DNA from: an uncultured bacterium
GTDB lineage: Bacteria > Verrucomicrobiota > Verrucomicrobiia > Verrucomicrobiales > DEV007
DNA length: 64,000 nucleotides
NCBI GenBank assembly: GCA_963977015.1
Contig: CAXBMO010000021.1
Location: forward strand, 44,252-108,251
Direction: 5' to 3'
This document shows, in pieces, positions 31,200-40,408 of this stretch; the stretch's first letter is position 1; each line of letters starts with the position of its first letter. A model generated the notes under the pieces. It saw only the letters and a list, made by a program, of their open reading frames with translations. It made no database searches and was not told where the DNA came from. Position numbers and translations under genes: made by a program.

Positions 31200-31850
31200 C
31201 CGATGTGTCCTGAAGGGGCCCCGGAACCGTTCCGAAGCGGGCTCCACTTTCGCGCCTCCCTTCAGGAGGCATTATTCTTTCCCTCCCAGATACCCGGATC
31301 GAAATCCGGGCCTCATTTGCTGGATGCCTTCAGCATTCCTCATCAGCAGGAAAATGGGAAGGAGATTGGATCGGTGATCCATAACGAGCCTGCCATCCCA
31401 ATCGCGGCGATTCGACGTTCCCCGAGATAGGAAATGGGCAACAGCTGAGAACCTCTTCTTTCAAGATCAGAACCTTCCTAAGAAAGAGAATGGTGCTCCA
31501 GGATTTGTGGTGGTTTTCAAATCTGCATCTCGAGTAGAAATGCATCGTGCCAGCCCAACGGGCTGAGATATACAAGCCCAGGGCAAGCGAGGAACCAGCG
31601 CTGCCCTGGGATTGCCGAAGGGAAAAATGGGACCTGAAAGGGACCGACAACCGTTGTCCCGGTCTTTCCCGTCCTCACTCGATTCATCGATTGTTGCCCC
31701 GACCCGCCGGTCGTTCCGCCGAGAGCGGTATGGGTCGACGGCATGGCGGCATTCTCGCGCCACCTTCGGGGCGCATTCAATTTCGAACGGGAACCGGTGG
31801 TTCCGCTACGCTCCACTACCAGCTAGGTTCTTTGGGAGCCTCCGGCTCGA
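31200..31850. repeat. Cluster of degenerate REP-like palindromic elements
   Basis: CCCGGATCGAAATCCGGG...GATGCCTTCAGCAT near 31292-31337 (related copy near 63750-63797), CCCAGGGC...GCCCTGGG hairpin near 31577-31610, and 31752-31848 related to 10522-10619. Confidence 0.55.
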
Positions 31851-32011
31851 ACCGAGATCCCCCCATAGATCTCACCGAGAGTTCCAAGAGAATAAGAACA
31901 CCCTTTCAGCCTCAAACAGACCGCACCTCAGCCCTTCCGTTGGTGCGAGGTGAAGTTTTCACCTTTGGATATCGCATTCCCAATTGGGAGAAGATAGGCT
32001 TCGTCACTAAA

Positions 32012-32518
32012 ATGAAATCCCTATCGACAGCCATACTTCTCCCATTCTTGTTTCTAACATCAGCCTCCGCCCGTCTTGGGGAAAACCTTGAACAGTGCAT
32101 TGAACGCTATGGGGACCCGACATTTATCGCCGGCGAAGATGCTCCCAAAGAGCAGCCCAAAAGCATCGTCATGAAAGAGGGAATCAGTGAGTATTACTTC
32201 AATAAGGGAGGATTCGAAATCCGGTGTGAATTTTTTATGGGTATAGAAACCTGCATTTTGATCACCTACCGGAAAGTTGAGAAAATCCGACTTCGTTTCG
32301 AAGAAATCGAAAACTTTCTGAAGATCAATGCGCCGGGAAGGACTTTTGAGAAGCATGATAGCACCCTGTCCTGGCGCGAATCAAATCTTCCCTATCAAAG
32401 GCGCATGGAAGGATACCTCGCCAACTGTGATGGCCAGCGTTTTTATTTATCGGTTTGCGTCCCGAATTACAGCAAGATGACAGCCCCAAAAGATAACACT
32501 TCCACAGAAGGCTTGTGA
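32012..32518 (+). CDS. Hypothetical secreted protein
   Basis: Signal peptide MKSLSTAILLPFLFLTSASA followed by RLGENLEQCIERYG; upstream part of the long ORF runs through repeats. Confidence 0.65.
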   Translation: MKSLSTAILLPFLFLTSASARLGENLEQCIERYGDPTFIAGEDAPKEQPKSIVMKEGISEYYFNKGGFEIRCEFFMGIETCILITYRKVEKIRLRFEEIENFLKINAPGRTFEKHDSTLSWRESNLPYQRRMEGYLANCDGQRFYLSVCVPNYSKMTAPKDNTSTEGL

Positions 32519-32602
32519 CAACGATTCCATACAACAACAGAAGTGAGAAAGCACCAGCATCCCCTACCCTCGATACCAAGAAAACCCAACACGCAGGCAC
32601 AA

Positions 32603-33037
32603 ATGGAAGCTGCCCCCCGTAAGAAGCTATATGGCGAAAAGATCACGATCGGTTCCGACAGTTTATCCATCGGAAAGACGGAACTTCGCTTTTCTGAGAT
32701 TACTCGACTTTCATCCTATTCGGATAAATGGAGCCCAATCGCCATTTTCCTGGCAGCGTTAACCTCATCCCAGATCGCATGGGCGATACTCCGCCGGGAG
32801 AATCATGGAATCCTTTCCTTCGTCTTCTTGGCGATCTTTGGACTTGGAACCATCGTCGCCGTGTTCACTGGTATCGCGGCGATCCGCGCCAAGCCGCAGA
32901 AAATCGTAGTCATAGGAAAAGACCGAAAACCAATCCACTTCAGCGGAGTCTCGAAAGCCGACGCCGAGAGAATTGAAGCGGCGTATGCCGACGCATCGTC
33001 AGACCAACGATCCATCAGTAACGATGATCAAACCTGA
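32603..33037 (+). CDS. Hypothetical two-TM membrane protein
   Basis: Two hydrophobic segments flanked by beta-rich soluble parts; start ATG 32603. Confidence 0.6.
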   Translation: MEAAPRKKLYGEKITIGSDSLSIGKTELRFSEITRLSSYSDKWSPIAIFLAALTSSQIAWAILRRENHGILSFVFLAIFGLGTIVAVFTGIAAIRAKPQKIVVIGKDRKPIHFSGVSKADAERIEAAYADASSDQRSISNDDQT

Positions 33038-33076
33038 CAAGCCAGTTCCTGTTTTACTGGATGCGTTCAGCATCCC

Positions 33077-33817
33077 TCAATCTTTCGCGCTCTTCTTCGC
33101 TGACTCCAACCAAACGGCGTCCCGTAACTTTGAATCGCTGGATTTGGCTTCGAAGACCATTTTGTCTTGGTGATAGACGCGAATCCACGCCCCTTCGAGG
33201 TCTTCCTCCATATCCTTGCCCACGCTGCCGGATGAACCTTTGACAATGGGTTCGTAGGATTTCACTTCAACAGCTGCGGTGGTAAAGGTTGCGTCGTTTC
33301 GTCCCTCCAACTTCGCGAGAACGGTTTCGCCAACGGTTACCAAATGTTCTCCCGACTGTTGTTGCCCAGAGGTGGTCCGCATCACTCCGGCGGGTGTCTT
33401 GAAGAGTTGATACTCCACCTTGAGATCGCTGAGGTCCGTAGGATCGGTGTTGGCCAGCGTCACCTCATAGGCCCACTTCTCCAGGGTGGTTTTTACCGAT
33501 GACGTCTTGGTTTGTTCCCGCTCCAAACGATCCGCCTTGAATTTGGCTTCCAGGCGATAGTTCATTTGGGCCGGGTTCTTCGTCAGCCATTCGCTAATAT
33601 ATTCCTGATCTTCTTTCGAGAATACGGCGATCTTGGTGGTTATCTCCCGGCCATCTGCCAGTTTGAGGGTAACCATTTCTGAAGTTGCGGAGACGATCTC
33701 CGCTTTCAGGACTTTGCCGGCGGGATTGCGAAATTCCCGAAGTTCTCCCGCGAAAACGGGTTGCATGACAAGGGTGAATACGCCGGAAACAAGGAGAGAT
33801 AAGAATGAAGTTTTCAT
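33077..33817 (-). CDS. Secreted protein with SHD1-like N-terminal domain
   Basis: Signal peptide then REFRNPAGKVLKAEIV...FSKEDQEYI pattern common in PVC proteins; start ATG 33817. Confidence 0.7.
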   Translation of the reverse strand: MKTSFLSLLVSGVFTLVMQPVFAGELREFRNPAGKVLKAEIVSATSEMVTLKLADGREITTKIAVFSKEDQEYISEWLTKNPAQMNYRLEAKFKADRLEREQTKTSSVKTTLEKWAYEVTLANTDPTDLSDLKVEYQLFKTPAGVMRTTSGQQQSGEHLVTVGETVLAKLEGRNDATFTTAAVEVKSYEPIVKGSSGSVGKDMEEDLEGAWIRVYHQDKMVFEAKSSDSKLRDAVWLESAKKSAKD

Positions 33818-33993
33818 TGTCTTGACTGCATTGTGGGCGAGCAACGGACGACACTGAATCAAGCCTGCCTTGCTGCCCTTGCCGAAATACCACAATCGTT
33901 TGCGGTGCTTGTCAAGCGACAGTCCGCACTTCGATGCAAGGGCCTGCCATTACGCAGCCTCTTGATGTGAATGATTGAACAGCGTTACGCCGC

Positions 33994-36900
33994 CTACTTT
34001 ACAATCATCTCGCCCTTCATGATGATCCAATGCCCGGGAAAGGTGCACATGTAAGGATAGACGCCGGGGCTTTTGGGTGCCTTGAAGCGCAGAACTTCGA
34101 CCGTATCGGGCGCGAGCATCTTGGTATGATGAAGAATCTTGTTCGCCTTGGACTTGGGGATGAATTGCCCCTTCGCCATTTCCTTGGGATCTTTGGCCAG
34201 TTCGTTCGCGGCCATGCCGATTTCTTCGACCGTTCCCGGTTCGACGATGGCAAGATTGTGTGGGGTGGCATCCGGGTTGGTAAAGACCAGTTTCACGGGT
34301 TGGCCGGCTTTGACTTCGAACTTGTCGACCGTGTAGCGGATCTGCTCTTTCACACAGCTGATCTTGACCGTCTTGAGGCCCTTCTGGTTATCGAAGCCCG
34401 CCTCTTTGGCGGTTCGCTTTGCCGGTTTCGTTTTCTGCGACTTCTCGAACTGCTGGAGGAACTCGTTCAATTGGGGATGCGCGGCATTCAAGGCTTCGTT
34501 CCCCTGCCAGAGCGGCTTGAGAGTCCGCGACCCCAGTGACGTGCGAATCCCGTAACTCAGGTGCCCACCTTTCGGGTGATTCAACGTATCGAGCATCGCG
34601 ACCAGAGCATCCTCCGTTCCAAAGTAACTTGCAGCAATCGCGGCCTGAAGCCGGACGGTCGCGCTCTCATCATTCGCCCTGTCGCGGAGCAACTTGGTGG
34701 CGTCGGAATAGGCGGGGAACCAGTAGCGAAGCTGCTTGGTGGCGGCCGCTCTCGCCTCGGGAACTTCGCAGACGAGCAGCTCGGCAAGGAGTTCCTTCCT
34801 GACACGCTCGATTCCGCGATAGACCCAGACGGCTACCATCTGGCGATGCCGGAAACGCGGATCGTTCGGATCAAGATTCTCCACCCATGCGTCCAACGCG
34901 GCGACGACCGCATCGGGATCGCATTCGCGCAATTCACGCTTGGCCCAATAGCGATAGCGATACTCGGGACGCTTGAGAAGATCGAGGAGTTCGGGAATGG
35001 AGGCACCGGCGATTTTCGGCGGATCCTGGGGCTCGGCCCCTTTCGGCATGATGCGCCAGATTCGTCCGGAGTGACGATCGCGGCGCGGATCCCGAAGCGA
35101 ATATTGGGCATGCCCTTTGACCGGGTTGTACCAATCGCAGACATACATGGCGCCACGTGGACCCGAGCGAACATCGACTGGAATAAAGCTCAAATTTGTG
35201 GAGAAAATGAGATCGCTGACATACTCTTCATCATAACCAAATTCGGTTTTCTTCCACTTGTGGATCTCGATGCGGTTGGTGGGTTTGTAGCGCGCTTTGA
35301 TGAAGCCGCCCTGCATCTCCGCCGGCCAACTGGCGAAGTCGACAAACTCCTGGCCGCAGGTTCCGGAATAGGCATTGAGCCCGGCAGGTTTGGGATGTTG
35401 CTCCGGGTAAACCGGGTCGAGCGCATGAAAGGCTTCGGCGTAGACCGGATGGCTTGCCATGTGTTGCCCCCAATCATCAAAGGTCACGCCCCACGGGTTG
35501 GTGCTGTGATAGGTTCCAAACGAGGTGAGGCGATGAAGGCGCGGCTCGAACCGAAACCAGCCTGAGTTCATCTGCCGGACCGGTCCGTAGGGAGTCTCCA
35601 CCTGACTGTGGTGAAAGATAGATTCGCGGAAAATGAGATCTCCATCCGGCGACCAGACGAAATCGTGAAGTGCGTGGTGAGAGTCTTCGCAGCCAAATCC
35701 GGTCAGGATGATTTCGCGATGATCCGCCTTGCCGTCTCCATCGGTGTCCTTGAGGAAGGTCATGTGTGGCTCCTCGGAGACATAAACGCCGCCATCGCCG
35801 AATTCGAAGCTGAGCGGAATGTGGAGGTCGTCCGCAAACACGCTCGACTTGTCCGCTTTGCCGTCTCCGTCCGTGTCCTCCAAAATCACGAGCTTGTCGT
35901 TGGGCTCGTTGCCGGGATAAACGTGAGGGTAGGTTGTCGAACAGCTGACCCACATCCGGCCCTGGGAATCCCAACGCATCTGGATGGGACAGGCGATATC
36001 CGGAAACTCTTCTTCCCCCGCAAACAGAGTCACTTCAAAACGCGGATCGACCTGGAACGCCTTCAGTTCGTCCGCCGCCGTCATCCACTTGTTCGCGCCA
36101 CGACTCTCTTTGGATGGAGGAAGGGGTGGGATGTTGGAATCGTCAACGACTCCTTCCCCGCCTTGTACCAGATCCCAAATCGCCTGCTCGCGATTCGCGA
36201 CCATCAACTCAAAGTTCTTCATCGCGGGAAGAAAATCGAGGTAGCCATAACTCTTGTTTCGTCCTCCTGTATAATAGAAGGTATTGACCGGCCGATAGCG
36301 GCGAAAGTACTGACGGCTCTTATCCTTCACCAGCTCGCGAAGGCCTTCGGGAAGTGAATCCGCGGCGTCCGCCTTGAAGCAGCCCTTGATCAAGGCGCGC
36401 CCCAGTGCCTCGTAGCCATGTTCATTCAGGTGACAGCCGTTGATCGTGAGTTGTTGATCCGGCTCACCGCCTTCCTGATTGAACACATCGACGAATCCGA
36501 CGTGTTGATCAGCGGCAACCGCAGCCATCACTTCGGTGTAGCGGGCGAGTCGCGCATTGGTTTCGGCAGCCTTGGAAAAGCCATCGACGTTCTCGGTCTT
36601 GACCGGAGAAACCAGAACGATGCGAGGACCAGATTCGCCATTGAACGCCTTCGATTTCAGATCCGCCAAAAAGCCGGTGAGCTTGGTTCGAAAATCTGAG
36701 AGGCCTGCTTCGCCGGCAAACGACTCGTTGAAACCGTAGGCCGCAAAAATCACGTCGATCTTCTCATGAAACAGATGCTGCTCCGTATCCGCAAAATTGT
36801 CGGGACGCGGTTCCAGCCCGATTTCGTCAGCCGGCCAGGCGAGATTCTTCACCACCAGCTTATGCTCCGGAAACTGAAGCTGGAGCATCGACTCAAAGAA

Positions 36901-37209
36901 TCCGAATTCCTTCATTCGGTCGAAAAGCGTGTTCCCGATCAAGGCGACCCGATCTCCTTTTTCAAGTTGAAGCGGCAGGCTGGTTGAAACAGGCTCGGTT
37001 TTCTCGGGTCGTGGTGCGGTGGCCGCGTAAATCGCATACTTGGCGAATTCGGGATCTTCCGGAGGAGCGGGCTTGTCGATCGTTTGATTCTTGGCGTCTG
37101 ACTTTCCGATTTTGGCCTTGTCAGCATCAGTTACCGTTTGGCCATTCGCCAGGTGGGCGACGAAAAAGAGAACACAAGCCGGGAGCAAGAGACGAAAAGG
37201 GATTTTCAT
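33994..37209 (-). CDS. PVC-type multidomain protein: SGNH-like + dehydrogenase-like beta-propeller + HEAT + azurin-like cupredoxin
   Basis: GNTL/GFNES/NGCHLN SGNH-like blocks, LEDTDGDGKAD repeats, NPWG, DWYN, RIWR, C-terminal PHNL...CTFPGHWIIM type-1 Cu site; start ATG 37209. Confidence 0.85.
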   Translation of the reverse strand: MKIPFRLLLPACVLFFVAHLANGQTVTDADKAKIGKSDAKNQTIDKPAPPEDPEFAKYAIYAATAPRPEKTEPVSTSLPLQLEKGDRVALIGNTLFDRMKEFGFFESMLQLQFPEHKLVVKNLAWPADEIGLEPRPDNFADTEQHLFHEKIDVIFAAYGFNESFAGEAGLSDFRTKLTGFLADLKSKAFNGESGPRIVLVSPVKTENVDGFSKAAETNARLARYTEVMAAVAADQHVGFVDVFNQEGGEPDQQLTINGCHLNEHGYEALGRALIKGCFKADAADSLPEGLRELVKDKSRQYFRRYRPVNTFYYTGGRNKSYGYLDFLPAMKNFELMVANREQAIWDLVQGGEGVVDDSNIPPLPPSKESRGANKWMTAADELKAFQVDPRFEVTLFAGEEEFPDIACPIQMRWDSQGRMWVSCSTTYPHVYPGNEPNDKLVILEDTDGDGKADKSSVFADDLHIPLSFEFGDGGVYVSEEPHMTFLKDTDGDGKADHREIILTGFGCEDSHHALHDFVWSPDGDLIFRESIFHHSQVETPYGPVRQMNSGWFRFEPRLHRLTSFGTYHSTNPWGVTFDDWGQHMASHPVYAEAFHALDPVYPEQHPKPAGLNAYSGTCGQEFVDFASWPAEMQGGFIKARYKPTNRIEIHKWKKTEFGYDEEYVSDLIFSTNLSFIPVDVRSGPRGAMYVCDWYNPVKGHAQYSLRDPRRDRHSGRIWRIMPKGAEPQDPPKIAGASIPELLDLLKRPEYRYRYWAKRELRECDPDAVVAALDAWVENLDPNDPRFRHRQMVAVWVYRGIERVRKELLAELLVCEVPEARAAATKQLRYWFPAYSDATKLLRDRANDESATVRLQAAIAASYFGTEDALVAMLDTLNHPKGGHLSYGIRTSLGSRTLKPLWQGNEALNAAHPQLNEFLQQFEKSQKTKPAKRTAKEAGFDNQKGLKTVKISCVKEQIRYTVDKFEVKAGQPVKLVFTNPDATPHNLAIVEPGTVEEIGMAANELAKDPKEMAKGQFIPKSKANKILHHTKMLAPDTVEVLRFKAPKSPGVYPYMCTFPGHWIIMKGEMIVK

Positions 37210-37300
37210 GGCGCACCAACGGAACGCCTTCCCTGCCACGGCGCAAGTTTTTGTCGCCCCCCTCCCATCGGCGGCTAAAAAGGCCGGAAACAACGCTAGG

Positions 37301-38611
37301 TTAGGATCCCTCCTCCGGAGAATCCAACGTCGCCTTCGCGCTGTGACGATCCACAACCAGATGAGTCACGATCGGCGCTTCCTGATCCAGAACCGCCCGC
37401 AAAACCTGGGATTTTTCCATGTGACAGCGGCCACACGGCCCAAGCACCAATACGACTTTGCCATCGCGATCTCGAATGTGGCTCGCAACCTCGTGGAGAT
37501 CAATCAACGTCATCGGCCGATAGTGGAGCGTTTTCTTCTGCTCCCCTCGCAAGGAACCAAACTCAAACGGCTCCTTGTCCATGATCGGCAGCCAGAGCAA
37601 ATCGCCTTTCACGCCTTTGGATTTCAACAGGTTCCGCTTCTCGCCATCTGTTTGGTAATAGCGACTGAAGGTTGAATGAACATCATCAATGCTTCCCGCG
37701 CCGGTCAGGACGATATCCAATCCCTTTTCCGTAAAGAACTTACGGAGTTCGGTCGCCGCCTCCAACGCAACACTTCGCTTTCCGATTTCGACAAACGGAG
37801 ACGAGTTGAAGCACTTGAACGTCGATCGCGAACGAAGCGGTTCCTCGTTTAACATCAACGTGAGGAACGAGATGGGATTGGTTTGCGGGCGAATGTCGAA
37901 CCCCGATACCAGATTGGTAACCGTCAACCGCAACATCACCCGAAACCGACGTCGAAAGAGGCTCGATTTCTCCTGAACTTCGTCGCCCTGCCCTGCTTTC
38001 TGTTTCGCATCAAAGACCTCTTCCTTGAGTTCGCGCTCCAAGTCCTCAACCATCCGCGAGAGTCGCAGCTTCAACTCCATCGAGAGAATCTGCATCATTC
38101 GACCACCGCTAAATCCCATCTTCACATTCACGATCATCGGCTCGGGATTCGGGTCATCCCGGGAAACGGAAGTCGCACCTTTTGATCTTGGCCCGGAAAG
38201 CGGCTCAACTTCGGCCTTGTCCTTGAGTTCCCAATCAATCGCCTGCTCCCGCGCCCGTTTCCTTGCCGTGGTTTCAACGATGCGACACACCATTTGTGCG
38301 GCTTCGGTCACGGTCGTCATTCGCTCTCCCGCGCTCGGGACATGAACTTCGCTCAGATTCGGATATCGCTCCCGTAGCCGGTTCGTCAGATCCAGTTCTG
38401 CGGACGGATTGTAGGTCAGCCACCCCCAACTGGTCGCCATCGCGAGATCCTGATAGGGAGTGTCTCGACTGATGTCGGTGATCCCATGCTCACGCTTGAG
38501 GATTTCGACCACCGCAGAGATCGGGTGCCCCTGACAGATGTAAAATGCTGTCATGTCGATCCGGGTCCGTCGATCGATTGGCTTGGGGATTGGCTTGGAG
38601 TAAAAGTCCAT
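37301..38611 (-). CDS. SorC/DeoR(Bsu)/LsrR-like regulator (N-terminal HTH + sugar-binding domain), divergent
   Basis: N-terminal FYICQG...ISRDTPYQDLAMATSWGWL HTH-like segment, LRERYPNL, GFSGGRMM, DIVLTGAG, GDLL, KSQVLRAVL, THLVVD. Confidence 0.65.
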   Translation of the reverse strand: MDFYSKPIPKPIDRRTRIDMTAFYICQGHPISAVVEILKREHGITDISRDTPYQDLAMATSWGWLTYNPSAELDLTNRLRERYPNLSEVHVPSAGERMTTVTEAAQMVCRIVETTARKRAREQAIDWELKDKAEVEPLSGPRSKGATSVSRDDPNPEPMIVNVKMGFSGGRMMQILSMELKLRLSRMVEDLERELKEEVFDAKQKAGQGDEVQEKSSLFRRRFRVMLRLTVTNLVSGFDIRPQTNPISFLTLMLNEEPLRSRSTFKCFNSSPFVEIGKRSVALEAATELRKFFTEKGLDIVLTGAGSIDDVHSTFSRYYQTDGEKRNLLKSKGVKGDLLWLPIMDKEPFEFGSLRGEQKKTLHYRPMTLIDLHEVASHIRDRDGKVVLVLGPCGRCHMEKSQVLRAVLDQEAPIVTHLVVDRHSAKATLDSPEEGS

Positions 38612-38778
38612 ATGGCTGGTCGGTCACTGCCCCAAACTGTTTGAATCTAACAATGACAAAATATTCAGTCTCCTGCAAGATAAAACAACTTTGCATTTGA
38701 TTTTACAAGGAATTTGAAAAACTTTGTTCGGTCAGGGTTTAATTTTCTAAAAAACACGCCCTAACAAAACGCGAAACC
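38612..38778. promoter_or_regulatory. AT-rich divergent promoter region with inverted repeat TGCAA-N12-TTGCA (38674-38695)
   Basis: Markedly AT-rich gap between divergent genes; short inverted repeat seen directly. Confidence 0.45.
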
Positions 38779-38994
38779 ATGGGAAATCCCAACAAATCCA
38801 CCGTTCGCCCACTGACTCTCGAGGAGCTGCGCAGCTCCTTACAGGGTAACATGACGCCGTTTGCTAGTCTAGCAGAACGGTTTCTGAGTTTGATTCCGGA
38901 AACACCAACCGAAGTCACAACGCCATCATTCAACACCCGCGCCGAGAGGCGCCACTTCGTCCGGTCGACACTCGTGCCGCCAGACGAATTCTAA
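38779..38994 (+). CDS. Small hypothetical protein (71 aa)
   Basis: ATG ORF directly after the AT-rich region, co-oriented with the downstream cluster; no recognisable motif. Confidence 0.4.
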   Translation: MGNPNKSTVRPLTLEELRSSLQGNMTPFASLAERFLSLIPETPTEVTTPSFNTRAERRHFVRSTLVPPDEF

Positions 38995-39044
38995 CTACCG
39001 CCTGGGAAAAGCCACCCTCTTCCCAGGCGCACTTACTGCTTCTA

Positions 39045-39758
39045 ATGTCCCACCACCAAGAAGAAAAACTCCCGGTAAAAAGCAAATCAACACTCAACCC
39101 CAGACCTGAAGAAGAGGAACCCAAATCGGATTCTTCAAATCCCCCCCAACAAGATCCCCCCAACGACGAAGCCCCGGTAAAGGACGATTGCTCCGGCATC
39201 GAGGGTAACGAGGCGACCGTCCCAGTTGACGAACCGCCGAAGCACTCCCCGACCGACAACTCGAGCAGTCCTGACAACGCAACTGACGAGAATGACGATT
39301 CGGTTGAGGAGGAAGAGCTTCATCCATCCCAGGCTGTTGAAGACCTGGCCAAACAGCACTTCCAATCCGAACAGGCACCGGACCTCACGGCCGATCCTGT
39401 TTCGGAAGAATGCGAACTCGTTCCCCGGTTGCTCTTCGTGAAGGTGACCAAACGGTTTGAAAAGGGAGCCTGCGAATTCAGCTTCGAAGGTGAAAAAGTC
39501 ATCCTGGCACGAAAACTAAGCGAACTCCTCGAGGCTCTGCTCCTCGACGATGGTCCCAGTCATGATGAATTTGTCCGATTCAAATCGATCACCGAACTCA
39601 TGATGAAGCTCCGCATTTCACGCAGTAGCCTGCACAATGCTGTCGGGCGACTCCGAGAAGTGTTGAGTGAACACTTGTTCCTCCTCGGCGACCCCATCGA
39701 ATCTGACCGGAATCTCGGCTATCGGATTTCTCTGCTCAACCGGCAGTTGCTCGGCTAG
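39045..39758 (+). CDS. Orphan OmpR/PhoB-like winged-helix protein with acidic disordered N-terminus
   Basis: LARKLSELLEALL...SRSSLHNAVGRLREVL...IESDRNLGYRI matches the wHTH pattern; no receiver domain. Confidence 0.7.
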   Translation: MSHHQEEKLPVKSKSTLNPRPEEEEPKSDSSNPPQQDPPNDEAPVKDDCSGIEGNEATVPVDEPPKHSPTDNSSSPDNATDENDDSVEEEELHPSQAVEDLAKQHFQSEQAPDLTADPVSEECELVPRLLFVKVTKRFEKGACEFSFEGEKVILARKLSELLEALLLDDGPSHDEFVRFKSITELMMKLRISRSSLHNAVGRLREVLSEHLFLLGDPIESDRNLGYRISLLNRQLLG

Positions 39759-39841
39759 AGCGAGCGAATTGGGAAAAAAGGACAAGAAAAGAGCCTCGCT
39801 CACAAAAACTGGCGATCCCTGTGTTTCCGTAGGGGTCGACC

Positions 39842-40408
39842 ATGAATCCACAAACCGAATCTCAGCCCTCCCTTTCTTTCCACCTGATTCCGGCTCAGGC
39901 GGGAAAGGAAGGGGGGGCGATTTCGCTTCCGAAGAGCCCGAGCTATCTCGACCCGGAGACTCTCGAAATCGGAACCGAAAAACCCGCGCCATCCCAGCGC
40001 CGCCTGACGTTTGAGCCCCACGGGCGCAACCTCCTGGTGCTGAATCCGGACCGCGTCCCGCTACGAGTCAATGACCTGAACGCGCCGCGCGTCCATCTCC
40101 TGGAAGAGGGAGACCATCTCCTGATTGGCAATCAACACCTGCTGGCCACGGCGCTCTACAACTGCCCGGAGATCGGGCCGCCTCCCAGTGCCAACATCGG
40201 CCGCGCCTGCCCGGTCTGTCGCAACACGTTCACCAGTGAGGACCGCGTTTACCACTGCGGATCTTGTGGAGGCGTTCTTCATCTCGAAGAAGGAGACAAC
40301 CCGGATGAGTCGCTTCAGTGCGCGCTATCCGTCACCCACTGTCTGACCTGCAACCATCCCATCAACCTGGAGGAAGGCTACATCACTCAAGGGATCTTCG
40401 AGCAATGA
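39842..40408 (+). CDS. Degenerate FHA-like domain + C4HC3 RING-like finger (putative E3 ligase)
   Basis: LRVND...LEEGDHLLIG (FHA C-terminal strand pattern); CPVC, CGSC, H, C, CLTC give eight potential Zn ligands; stop overlaps the E1 start (ATGA). Confidence 0.65.
   Translation: MNPQTESQPSLSFHLIPAQAGKEGGAISLPKSPSYLDPETLEIGTEKPAPSQRRLTFEPHGRNLLVLNPDRVPLRVNDLNAPRVHLLEEGDHLLIGNQHLLATALYNCPEIGPPPSANIGRACPVCRNTFTSEDRVYHCGSCGGVLHLEEGDNPDESLQCALSVTHCLTCNHPINLEEGYITQGIFEQ

Noticed and set aside
31547-32011. N-terminal 155 aa of the 323-aa ORF
   Set aside because: Read-through of repeat DNA; a signal peptide starts at ATG 32012.
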